Shown: positions 30,006-39,032 of the stretch, one piece after another
Position numbering within the stretch: the first letter of the stretch is position 1
Layout: each line of letters opens with the position of its first letter
Assembly (NCBI GenBank): GCA_016207405.1
Contig: JACQPQ010000018.1
Span: forward strand, 20,767 to 84,766
Reading direction: 5' to 3'
DNA: 64,000 bases
From: Gammaproteobacteria bacterium
GTDB lineage: Bacteria; Pseudomonadota; Gammaproteobacteria; JACQPQ01
Position numbers and translations under genes: made by a program
The notes under the pieces: generated by a model
Seen by the model: the letters and a program-made list of their open reading frames with translations, nothing else
Database searches by the model: none
Told to the model about the DNA's origin: nothing

Positions 30006-31388
30006 TTAATGCTGGACTATGTTCAGCTCGCGCCGCTTTTCTTCAAGCACTCTTAAAGCTGCCATAAGGGCAACAGGGTTAAGTGCTTTCGCATACCCTA
30101 TCATAAGAGTAAGCTCAGCCCTTTCACTCTCCACTGCGCGACGTTTTTCTTGCCACATTTCTGTGGCCGCATCCGCCGCTTTATTCCTTGAGAGATACTC
30201 AGTCGCCCAGCTGAGACTATACTTTTCACTCTCCTTTTGTTGTAGAGCTTTGACAGCCGATTGAATCATGGTGGCATCAGCCGTTTTTAGGCAATCCAAC
30301 ACTTGGATGGAAAGATTATAGTCTTCCTGTACCAACGCCAGCCGTTTTTCTCTCCACGCTTCTGTGGCCGCATCGAGGGAAGCCGCTTTATTCGTTGAGA
30401 GATCCCAGTTAAGACTATCTTCTTCGCGCTCTTGTTCACGCCTTTTCTCTTGTAGCGTGTTTATAGCTGTTCGCAACTCTTGGGGAACAGCTATTTTTAG
30501 ATACTCTAACGCGAATGTGCAGTCAAACTGCTCGTACTCTCCGAGCGCTTTCTCTTGCATCACTCGTAAAGCGATGCGGATAGCCATGGGATTGCTTTCT
30601 GCCAGCAGTTTCATCCCAGCGGGCGAAAGGGGAGCCTCGCTCCAGGTAACCTGCACACTGCCATCATGCGCATGTTCATTGTCCTGTTGAGCTCCAACGA
30701 TTTTAGGATCGTTGAAGTGGATATTCGCACCTGGATCAAGGATCCATATGGCATCGACAAGCCTTTGGGTATTGGCTTGATTGTAATTTGCAGCCCTGTA
30801 ATCCGTAGGATTACCATCTGTGCTAACCACAGGAAAGCTGCATCGAACCAATTGATATTCCTTGGGGCCCAAGCTGAGAGTGGGGCGAAAATCTAGAAAA
30901 ACATCTGGAAAAATATTTGGTTGCTGTTGTTCAGCCTGCTCCTTCTCGCAGGCTTCTTTCCGTAGCCCTTCGACAATAATGCCAAGTGACTTTTCTGTCT
31001 TTGGGCTTAAATTCCCTCTATAGATTATTTCATCAGCAACATCAAATCGGTCCATGCTGATCATTTTTTCAAAAAAACAGGTTACTTTGCCCGCCAGCGT
31101 ATCGGGGGCATTATAAGAAGCAAAGCACTGCGTTAGTGCTTTATCAATGCTGATGGGTTCTCGGCATTTTTCTTTTTCGGAAACGACAGGAATACCCCTC
31201 AGGATACGCGAGTGCTCTGTTCGTTCAATCGCGTCGACCTCCATGGCCCTTTCCCGTATGGCCTCTCGCTCAGGATGAGACCAGCGACCAGTGAGATCCG
31301 AGGGATCTTTTTCTGGACAACCACTTTGTGCCTGTGCACAAAACAGAGTGGCCCAAAATAGCAGTGCAGTAACAAAAGTAGGTTTCAT
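30006..31388 (-). CDS. Secreted protein with internal tandem repeats and no recognisable domain
   Basis: Signal peptide MKPTFVTALLFWATLFCAQA. C-terminal modules of about 45 aa, ...A(I/V)xxLQEKRRE...S(W/L)..., are repeated at both the DNA and protein level. Confidence 0.45.
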   Translation of the reverse strand: MKPTFVTALLFWATLFCAQAQSGCPEKDPSDLTGRWSHPEREAIRERAMEVDAIERTEHSRILRGIPVVSEKEKCREPISIDKALTQCFASYNAPDTLAGKVTCFFEKMISMDRFDVADEIIYRGNLSPKTEKSLGIIVEGLRKEACEKEQAEQQQPNIFPDVFLDFRPTLSLGPKEYQLVRCSFPVVSTDGNPTDYRAANYNQANTQRLVDAIWILDPGANIHFNDPKIVGAQQDNEHAHDGSVQVTWSEAPLSPAGMKLLAESNPMAIRIALRVMQEKALGEYEQFDCTFALEYLKIAVPQELRTAINTLQEKRREQEREEDSLNWDLSTNKAASLDAATEAWREKRLALVQEDYNLSIQVLDCLKTADATMIQSAVKALQQKESEKYSLSWATEYLSRNKAADAATEMWQEKRRAVESERAELTLMIGYAKALNPVALMAALRVLEEKRRELNIVQH

Positions 31389-31536
31389 AGAAACCTCCTT
31401 TCAACAACGGGTTGTACGGCGCTAGCAAGTACAACTTGAAATTAGGAAATAAATAAGTCATGACCACACGGTCATGAGATCAAACATTGGGGAATGGACA
31501 ATATAGAAAATTCTGCTGCAAAACAACCACGGCTAG

Positions 31537-31725
31537 TAAGGGCCTGTAAAAGAATAACTTTTCCTTTTTAGCATCCCATCTTGGGCCCATCTTTGAATGT
31601 TTTGTTCTTCAGAAAAGCGCTTACATAGAATAACTATGCGCGCGTTTTTCGTTGAACAAAACATTCAAATCTGGACCCAATTCTCTGCGCTAAAAAGGAA
31701 AAGTTATTCTTTTACAGGCCCTAAG
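31537..31725. repeat. MITE-like nested palindromic element, copy 1
   Basis: Perfect 34-bp terminal inverted repeats (agggcctgtaaaagaataacttttcctttttagc) and an inner palindrome. About 90% identical to 40104..40290. Confidence 0.8.
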
Positions 31726-32761
31726 CAATTGGCGCGAGCTTCTTTTTTATTATCTCTGCAACTTTCACGGGGAGGTCGGGATCGTAAGTCCAGTCAGCTA
31801 AAGCACTCTTATTGGCAAGTGGGTTGTTGGAAAAGAGTAAGAGATCACATCCGGCGTGTATCGCCTTGACCACTCTTTCTTCTAAGCTAAAATTCTGTGC
31901 GAGCGCACCCATTTGCAGATCATCTGCCACGACGAGCCCTCGAAATTGAAGGTCAGATTTAAGAAGGCGGGAAATAATGTTAGGAGATAAAGTAGCGGGG
32001 AGAAAAGGATCCCATTTTCTCATCATGACATGGCCTACCATGATGAGATCAGCCATTCCTTCTCCAATCAAGTTTTTGAAGGGTATCCATTCTTCAGGTT
32101 GAAAACTTTCTGTGATGTCGACAAGCCCTGCATGCGTATCCCCTCTCGCGAATCCCAGCCCTGGGAAGTGTTTTAAGGTCGTTAACACACCTGCTTGCTT
32201 ATGTGCCTTGATAAAGGCGCTTGCATAGCGCACAACTTGCTCGGGATTTTCTGAAAAGGAACGTTCATAAGCACCAATAGGACAGGATTCGTTTTTTAAG
32301 TCCACAACCGGAGCAAAATTAATGGTAATGCCAAATTCTTTTAGAGTTTTAGCCATTCGATAGTAAAGTTCATAGGCCTCTCGTTCGTCATACTGGCCTG
32401 AAACGTATTGGCAAGAGGGAAATTCCTCAAAACCACAGGCTTTATTCAACCTTTGTACTTTCCCTCCTTCTTGGTCAATGGCAATCCATAGATCAGGGTT
32501 TGCCTTTTTTAAAGCATGGGTGAGTTCCTTCAGTTGTTTGGGACTTTCAATGTTATAAGAAAACAAAATAACACCGCCGACGATGCCTGTTTTAATATGG
32601 TGAAGGACTGTTTTTACAGCACTGTCTGCAGGCGTTTGACCTGGGAACCCTATCATAAGACGTTTACCAGCTGATGAAAAATTGAGCATGTCTCCTTGCG
32701 CTTTTTTAGATCTGTGTCCTATAGTGTGAATAGATGTTAATCTTACCATCACCACTTTCAC
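31721..32761 (-). CDS. nagZ: Beta-N-acetylhexosaminidase, glycoside hydrolase family 3
   Basis: GH3 motifs and PG-recycling NagZ length. The stop codon lies inside the right TIR of the MITE-like element. Confidence 0.8.
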   Translation of the reverse strand: MKVVMVRLTSIHTIGHRSKKAQGDMLNFSSAGKRLMIGFPGQTPADSAVKTVLHHIKTGIVGGVILFSYNIESPKQLKELTHALKKANPDLWIAIDQEGGKVQRLNKACGFEEFPSCQYVSGQYDEREAYELYYRMAKTLKEFGITINFAPVVDLKNESCPIGAYERSFSENPEQVVRYASAFIKAHKQAGVLTTLKHFPGLGFARGDTHAGLVDITESFQPEEWIPFKNLIGEGMADLIMVGHVMMRKWDPFLPATLSPNIISRLLKSDLQFRGLVVADDLQMGALAQNFSLEERVVKAIHAGCDLLLFSNNPLANKSALADWTYDPDLPVKVAEIIKKKLAPIA

Positions 32762-32880
32762 TATGCTTCACTTCCCTATTCCCACTTATTTTGAGGCGAA
32801 ATTGACCTTCTAAACTAAAGTTGAGAGAATGCCATTTAGATTCGGAATTTAAAATCTATTAAGGAGAGGAGGGAACTCAA

Positions 32881-33189
32881 ATGTCCAAACTTTATAATAA
32901 AATTTTTGTTCTTACCGTCTTTGTGAGTGGAGCCGCTCTATTTCAACAAAACGCGTGGGCGCTTTCCTTTTTGAATTATTCTTTGGATTCTTTGTCCAAT
33001 CAGATCAGCCATCTTTATCGGGAGTTGGAAAAATTTGAACAAAAGTCGCTTATCCCTCCTCAGACTTCACGGTTTGGAGTAGACGCATTAACGCCAGAGC
33101 ATGCCCCAAACCTCATCGATACTTCAGAGGAAGAGTTTCCTGCTTTAGGCCAGAACTTGAGGGAGCAAGAGGGAGAACTTCCCTCGTAA
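32881..33189 (+). CDS. Small hypothetical secreted protein
   Basis: 102 aa with a signal peptide. Confidence 0.3.
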   Translation: MSKLYNKIFVLTVFVSGAALFQQNAWALSFLNYSLDSLSNQISHLYRELEKFEQKSLIPPQTSRFGVDALTPEHAPNLIDTSEEEFPALGQNLREQEGELPS

Positions 33190-33266
33190 CATTCGGCCCT
33201 TGTCTTTTTTGCCGGCCACGCTTGCGCTTAGGCCGGCCTACTTCACTCCCTTATCCCTTCTCCTCC

Positions 33267-34235
33267 TTAATATTCCCTTTCCGCCGCGAAATGCGCCAGG
33301 GTAGCGAGTGCTTCACGATAGAGAGTAGGCGGGAGGCTTTCTAAGGATTTTATGGCTTCTTCCATTTTATCCTTTGCAAGTTGTCGAATGTCTTTTATGA
33401 TCCCGTTTGTTTCAAGAATATTTTTGAGTTCCCCCAGTTGTTCAGGCGTTCTTTTAGACTGAAAAAACGTTTGAACCCACTTTTTTTGTGAAGCCTGGCT
33501 TCTTTGCAGAAGATAAATAAGTGGTAAAGTAAGTTTCCCGCCGGCAAGATCATCGCCTATATTTTTCCCGATATATTCTATAGAGCCGGTGAAATCAAGA
33601 AGGTCATCGATAATTTGAAAGGTCATCCCAACATTCAAGCCAAACTGGGCTAGTGTCGATTGGTGTGAAGATTGGGCATTTAAGGCGCCCAGCTCCGCAG
33701 AAGCTTCAAAGAGTTTGGCTGTCTTTCTCTGAATGATGTTGAGATATTGTTCTTCTGTGATGTTAAGGGAATGGCAGGTAGTCAGTTGTAAGACTTCTCC
33801 TTCTGAAATAGCATTCGTGGTATCCGATAAAATGGCCATGACGGGCATACTTCCCACTTGCACCATAAGCTGAAAAGCACGAGAGTATAAAAAATCCCCA
33901 ACGAGAACGCTCGCTTCGTTTCCCCAAAGCGCATTTGTTGTTTGATGTCCCCGCCTAAGCTCAGAATGGTCAACCACGTCATCATGCAATAAAGTGGCGG
34001 TGTGGATAAATTCAATCACGGCTGCGAGCGTCACATGCATCTCCGTAACCGGTCCAAAGCAACGGGCTGCAAGGAGCAGTAACAAAGGGCGGAGGCGTTT
34101 ACCGCCGCTTTCTATAATGTAATGTCCGATTTGGTTAATGAGGGGGACGTCTGATGAGAGGGGTTTCCCCAGTATAAGGTCGTCAACTGCTGCAAGTTCT
34201 GGACGTACTAACGCTCGAAGCGCATCTAAACTCAT
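33267..34235 (-). CDS. ispB: Octaprenyl-diphosphate synthase
   Basis: LLHDDVVDHSELRRG and FQIIDDLLDF DDxxD motifs. Confidence 0.9.
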   Translation of the reverse strand: MSLDALRALVRPELAAVDDLILGKPLSSDVPLINQIGHYIIESGGKRLRPLLLLLAARCFGPVTEMHVTLAAVIEFIHTATLLHDDVVDHSELRRGHQTTNALWGNEASVLVGDFLYSRAFQLMVQVGSMPVMAILSDTTNAISEGEVLQLTTCHSLNITEEQYLNIIQRKTAKLFEASAELGALNAQSSHQSTLAQFGLNVGMTFQIIDDLLDFTGSIEYIGKNIGDDLAGGKLTLPLIYLLQRSQASQKKWVQTFFQSKRTPEQLGELKNILETNGIIKDIRQLAKDKMEEAIKSLESLPPTLYREALATLAHFAAEREY

Positions 34236-34400
34236 GAAAATCTATTTTTGAGGGCTGATATTATCCCCATTCGTTTTATCAGAAATAGGATATAATTGAA
34301 CGGCTGGGTAGGAGGAGCGAGCCCCTGCTAAAAGCAAAAGAGTGTTTTTTTTTATCCGCATAATTATTCTCAAATTCTGTAAAAGGTAGGGATTGATAAC

Positions 34401-35603
34401 ATGGCACAAGATGTTTTAGCACTTATTAAAAGAGGTACGGAGGAAATTCTACCAGAATCCGAGCTTGCTCCGCTACTCAAGTCGGGTAAGTCTCTTTGCA
34501 TTAAAGTGGGGTTTGACCCAACCGCGCCTGATTTGCACTTAGGGCACACGGTGCTTCTTAATAAGATGAGGCATTTTCAAGACTGTGGGCATGAGGTAAT
34601 TTTTTTAATTGGGGATTTCACGGGCATGATTGGCGATCCCAGCGGGAAAAACAAAACTCGGCCTCCTCTAACCCAAGAAGAAGTTCAAAAAAATGCAGAA
34701 ACTTACCGGAAGCAAGTTTTTAAAATACTCATCCCAAAAAAAACAAAGGTCGTCTTGAATTCAGAGTGGATGTCTCGACTTTCTGCACGTGATCTGATTG
34801 AGCTTGCATCACGAGAAACGGTGGCGAGAATGTTGGAAAGGGATGATTTTTCCAAACGGTTTCATCAAGGGGAGCCTATTGCTATTCACGAGTTTTTATA
34901 TCCTTTATTGCAAGGCTATGATTCTATTGCCCTTCATTCAGATATTGAAATGGGAGGGACTGATCAAAAATTTAATATGCTGATGGGACGAACCCTGCAA
35001 AAACAAATGGGACAAACGCCCCAGGTTGTGATAACGGTGCCTCTTTTAGAAGGCTTGGATGGGGTGCAGAAGATGTCCAAATCACTCGGGAACACCGTAG
35101 CCATCAGAGATCCCCCTAAAGACATGTTTGGAAAGCTGATGTCCATTTCAGATCTCCTGATGTGGCGGTATTACGATCTCTTAAGCTTTCGGAGCACGTC
35201 TGAAATTGAAAAATTAAAAGTGGAGGTTGCTGCAGGCAAAAATCCACGAGACGTTAAGGCCGCTTTGGCGAAGGAGATTATAGAACGCTTCCATTCCCAG
35301 CAAGCCGCTTTGGAAGCTGAACAAGATTTTATTGCGCGGTTTAGGGAACATGCATTGCCACAGGATATTCCAGAACGTAAGATCTCAACTACAAAAGCGG
35401 AACTTTTGATTACGCATGTTTTAAAGGAAGGGGGGCTTGTCACGAGCACATCGGATGCAATCCGGATGATTCGACAAAAAGCGGTGCATATGGATGGGCA
35501 AATGGTGTCAGATCCAGCTTTAACGGTGCCCATGGGGTTGGCTCATGTTTATCAGGTGGGTAAGCGACGGGTTGCAAAAATAGAGATCGTTCGCTCTGTG
35601 TGA
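34401..35603 (+). CDS. tyrS: Tyrosine--tRNA ligase
   Basis: HLGH and KMSKS motifs with a C-terminal S4 domain. Confidence 0.95.
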   Translation: MAQDVLALIKRGTEEILPESELAPLLKSGKSLCIKVGFDPTAPDLHLGHTVLLNKMRHFQDCGHEVIFLIGDFTGMIGDPSGKNKTRPPLTQEEVQKNAETYRKQVFKILIPKKTKVVLNSEWMSRLSARDLIELASRETVARMLERDDFSKRFHQGEPIAIHEFLYPLLQGYDSIALHSDIEMGGTDQKFNMLMGRTLQKQMGQTPQVVITVPLLEGLDGVQKMSKSLGNTVAIRDPPKDMFGKLMSISDLLMWRYYDLLSFRSTSEIEKLKVEVAAGKNPRDVKAALAKEIIERFHSQQAALEAEQDFIARFREHALPQDIPERKISTTKAELLITHVLKEGGLVTSTSDAIRMIRQKAVHMDGQMVSDPALTVPMGLAHVYQVGKRRVAKIEIVRSV

Positions 35604-36397
35604 AAATTGCTTTAGGGTTAGAGTATGCGGGCAGTTGTTATTTTGGATGGCAGTACCAAGTTGGAAAAGCCACGCTGCAAGATATCCTAGAGAAAGCTAT
35701 TGGGCGTGTAGCGGACGCACGCGTGAGAATTCCTGTATGGTGTGCAGGGCGGACAGACCGAGGCGTCCATGCCATCCACCAAATTATTCATTTTGAAACA
35801 GTAGCCAAACGAGATCGGGAAGCTTGGCGACTCGGTATCAACCGGTATCTCCCGCATGACATTCGAGTGCTATGGGCAAAAGAAGTTCCTGATCTTTTCC
35901 ATGCACGTTTTTCTGCCCGCAGCCGTTCATATAGATATATCATCGACAATCATGCCATTACGGGGGCACTGTTTGCGAAACGCTCCTATGGTTTTCGATA
36001 TCCCCTCAATGTTTCCAAAATGTTAGAAGCTGCAAAGATCTGGATAGGGCAACATGATTTTTCATCCTTTCGGGCAGCGGGGTGTCAGGCCAAGCATGCC
36101 GTACGCACGGTGTACACCTTTTCAGCTACCCGAAACGGGCATTGGATTATCTTAGAGGTAAAAGCAGATGGTTTTTTGTATCATATGGTTCGTAATATGG
36201 TGGGGGTTCTGATCCCCATAGGGCAAGGATCGAGGCCTGTAGAATGGGCAAAAGTTGTGTTGGATGCCAAAGACCGAAAACAAGCGGGATTGACTACATC
36301 GCCGCAGGGTCTTTATTTTTTAGGAGCGCACTATCCGGAGCATTTTGAAATCCCAACCACACTTCGAGAAACTCTTCCATGTCTATACTCCTCATGA
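35600..36397 (+). CDS. truA: tRNA pseudouridine(38-40) synthase
   Basis: GWQYQ and RTDRGVHA motifs. Confidence 0.9.
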   Translation: MKIALGLEYAGSCYFGWQYQVGKATLQDILEKAIGRVADARVRIPVWCAGRTDRGVHAIHQIIHFETVAKRDREAWRLGINRYLPHDIRVLWAKEVPDLFHARFSARSRSYRYIIDNHAITGALFAKRSYGFRYPLNVSKMLEAAKIWIGQHDFSSFRAAGCQAKHAVRTVYTFSATRNGHWIILEVKADGFLYHMVRNMVGVLIPIGQGSRPVEWAKVVLDAKDRKQAGLTTSPQGLYFLGAHYPEHFEIPTTLRETLPCLYSS

Positions 36398-36427
36398 ATG
36401 AAGAGGCTGCTTTTCTTCTAGAATTTT

Positions 36428-36835
36428 TTAACGTTTAAATTCCGGAAAAAGTTGTAGCCCTTGGTTTTGTTTTCTTTGAATTTCTTCTTGTGTGTGTTCC
36501 AGTGCAATAAAACGCTCTGGGGTAGCTGGGTGAGTCCCCAAAAATGTTTGGTTAATACTGTCTGGATGTTCTGCAGCCATTCGTCGCCAAAAATCAGCAG
36601 CGTGGTTAATTGGCAATCCGGCACGAGCCATAATATAAAGGCCTACATAGTCTGCCTCGGCTTCGAATTCTTTAGAGTAAACTCTGCCACCCACACTGCC
36701 AAATATCCCAGTATCAACGCCCGTACCGGCTTCTATGACAGCATCAACCAATCTTCCTAAGAAAACATTTCGCTTTTGTGCATCCAGGTGTTTCATTGTA
36801 TTGTGAGCCAATTCATGAGCGATCACGAGTGCCAA
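36428..36835 (-). pseudogene. M48-family zinc metallopeptidase, catalytic half only and probably N-terminally truncated
   Basis: HELAHNTMKH at residues 6-10 and an EAEADYVG third-ligand motif. The N-terminal roughly 130 aa found in M48 enzymes are absent. vapBC lies immediately upstream. Confidence 0.5.
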
Positions 36836-36862
36836 TTCATCATCATTCTCAGTAAAACGAAT

Positions 36863-37300
36863 TCAATTATTGACATTTTTTATAGGAGTTAATTCAATAA
36901 TTTTGATTAATTCGAGAGAGGAGTAAACAGGGATTTTTGTAGACTTGAAGTCTTTTCTGTTTCTGCTGACAATTGCTTGACAGCCAGCATGAGCAGCCGC
37001 TTGGTAAATAACCGCGTCTTCATAATCTGTCATTTTTGTGCTCAAAGCAGTCGCCAAGACGGTGCGGTTAATCGGGGAAACTTCCAACAATTCCAGTATT
37101 TTTTCAATCGCTTGATGTGCTTTTTTTGTGCCAATGACCTTGGTAGCTAAATAATGAATGGTTGTAATCGAAGAGGCTGAAACATAACCGTTCATCCGAC
37201 CCATCTCAACGAGTGAAAAGAGCTTTGCAGCAGGTTCTGAAAACGGTTCTCGATCAAGTAAGACATCGAGGATGATGTTGGTGTCAAATAAGATCTTCAA
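36863..37300 (-). CDS. vapC: PIN-domain VapC toxin
   Basis: MKILFDTNIILD N-terminus with an acidic PIN signature. Confidence 0.8.
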   Translation of the reverse strand: MKILFDTNIILDVLLDREPFSEPAAKLFSLVEMGRMNGYVSASSITTIHYLATKVIGTKKAHQAIEKILELLEVSPINRTVLATALSTKMTDYEDAVIYQAAAHAGCQAIVSRNRKDFKSTKIPVYSSLELIKIIELTPIKNVNN

Positions 37301-37545
37301 AGGTATTTTTTTTCTAAATGACGATGGTAATCTTCTTTGGCAACTCTAGCATGTCGAAGAGAACCTCGCAAAAATTGAACGATAGGGGTGTTCTCCGTCT
37401 TTTCTATCCTTTTGTTTTGGTCGAGTAAAGAAAAGTACTTGGCTACGAGTTGTGATACCGATTGGTGATGCTGCTGTGCATAACGTTTGGCTCGCTCGAT
37501 GAGTGTTTCATCTAAACGAAGCGTTAATTTTGTTTGTGTGTTCAT
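37297..37545 (-). CDS. vapB: VapB-type antitoxin
   Basis: 82 aa. Overlaps the vapC start by 4 nt (ATGA). Confidence 0.6.
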   Translation of the reverse strand: MNTQTKLTLRLDETLIERAKRYAQQHHQSVSQLVAKYFSLLDQNKRIEKTENTPIVQFLRGSLRHARVAKEDYHRHLEKKYL

Positions 37546-37652
37546 AAGCGGTAGAGTGACGTATAATTTTTAATTAATTATACGCTGTAATTTGTCCCAT
37601 TTTCAAGGCGCAAAAAGAGGCGCATAGTATGACCACGTAACTCTTTTCAGAT

Positions 37653-38252
37653 TTGCTTATGTCACCCCGTATCAAAATTTGTGGAATAACCCATGTTAAA
37701 GACGCCTTAAGTGCAGCAGCATTGGGTGCGGACGCCATTGGCCTTATTTTTTATCCTAAAAGCCCACGCTTTGTGACATTCGAGAAAGCTCGTGCGATTG
37801 TCCAGGCGCTGCCGCCTTTCCTGACTGTTGTTGGGGTAGTCGTTAATCCGACGACAGATGAACTGTTGCTTCTTCGAAAAGAGGTTCCTCTGGATCTTAT
37901 TCAGTTCCATGGAAATGAAACGTTAGAATTTTGTGAATCCTTGTCTTTCCCTTATCTGAAAGCATTTCGTGTTTCTACTCCGAATGAAGTCAACTTTTCA
38001 AAATGGGAAGAAAGTCATGCAAGAGGGTTGTTGATGGATATGGGGGATAGTGGCGAGAGTTATGTTAAATGCCGAAAGCCTTTGATTCTTGCAGGCGGTT
38101 TAACCCCTGAAACGGTCGGGATTGCCATCCAAAAGCTTAAGCCGAGTGCAGTGGATGTTTGCCGAGGGGTCGAAAGGGCGCCGGGCGTAAAGGACGAAAA
38201 AAAATTGCGCGCGTTTGTGAAAGCGGTGAAAATGGCTTCTGTTTTTACTTAA
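37653..38252 (+). CDS. trpF: N-(5'-phosphoribosyl)anthranilate isomerase
   Basis: KICGIT N-terminus and QFHGNE motif. Confidence 0.85.
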   Translation: MLMSPRIKICGITHVKDALSAAALGADAIGLIFYPKSPRFVTFEKARAIVQALPPFLTVVGVVVNPTTDELLLLRKEVPLDLIQFHGNETLEFCESLSFPYLKAFRVSTPNEVNFSKWEESHARGLLMDMGDSGESYVKCRKPLILAGGLTPETVGIAIQKLKPSAVDVCRGVERAPGVKDEKKLRAFVKAVKMASVFT

Positions 38253-38670
38253 CCCATTCCACCTTAACACGAAGCTCCCCTGCTGATTTTGCTAAAATCT
38301 TATCAATAGTTAAGCAAATCAGATTTTCTGTGTAACATACAGCAAGATGTAATGCATCCAACGTTCGTAAAGAAGTAGCGAAAGAAGCTATCCATTCACG
38401 TGCCTGGGTGTAATGCGGTTGCTCTAATAGTTTGAGGCAGTAATACTGCTTTTCAACGTGTGCCCGAAAAACGTTTATCAGAGCATGCGCAGAATCATTG
38501 GTGATCTCTTTCATGCGCATTTTTCGCGCAACAGCAGAACAGTATTCAACTTCTACTAATGGACTAATCACCGGATTTTTAATGCCGACAAGAATCTTTT
38601 CAACCTTCCTACTCAAAGGCTCTGGACAATAAAATGGGATAATAATAGATGTATCCAGATAATAACTCAA
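38245..38670 (-). CDS. PIN-domain toxin, VapC-like
   Basis: MSYYLDTSIIIPFY N-terminus. 141 aa. Confidence 0.75.
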   Translation of the reverse strand: MSYYLDTSIIIPFYCPEPLSRKVEKILVGIKNPVISPLVEVEYCSAVARKMRMKEITNDSAHALINVFRAHVEKQYYCLKLLEQPHYTQAREWIASFATSLRTLDALHLAVCYTENLICLTIDKILAKSAGELRVKVEWVK

Positions 38671-38912
38671 AACCTCGTCTCCTCTCGCTCCGAAGACAAG
38701 GCTTGGCTGAGCGTTCCTTTTATTTTAATGGTACTTCGAAAGTCTGCCATGCTAGGAAGGATGGATTCCAAATGATAAGGAATAAGGCGAGCGATAGGTT
38801 CATGTCTTCTTAGAATTAAAACTTCCTTACCATGCATTACACTATTTAATAGTTCATGCATATGAGCACGCATTTCTTTCACTTGAATGTGCATCATAGA
38901 ATTTTCTCTCAA
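38667..38912 (-). CDS. Phd/YefM-type antitoxin
   Basis: Overlaps the toxin start. IQVKEMRAHMHELLNSVMHGKEVLILRRHEPIARLIP matches the Phd/YefM fold pattern. Confidence 0.6.
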   Translation of the reverse strand: MRENSMMHIQVKEMRAHMHELLNSVMHGKEVLILRRHEPIARLIPYHLESILPSMADFRSTIKIKGTLSQALSSEREETRF

Positions 38913-38984
38913 ACGTACATATTAAGTGTACACCAAAAAAGCAGCGGATTCAAATGAAAATATTATTTTTTTTGTCATAGCGAT

Positions 38985-39011
38985 TTGACAATTCTGGGGG
39001 GGGGCTAATCT
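38985..39011 (+). promoter_or_regulatory. Putative sigma70 promoter (TTGACA, 15-nt spacer, TAATCT) whose spacer contains a G9 homopolymer tract
   Basis: ttgaca at 38985..38990, a G-run at 38996..39004 and taatct at 39006..39011. An AGGAGG RBS lies 8 nt before the ATG at 39033. Confidence 0.4.
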
Positions 39012-39032
39012 TTAAGTTAGGAGGATAAATTT

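Noticed and set aside
31597-31869. 90-aa ORF starting inside the MITE-like element (and 40292..40486 beside copy 2)
   Set aside because: They begin within palindromic repeat sequence and run antisense into nagZ (or into the trpB leader). They are most likely not coding.
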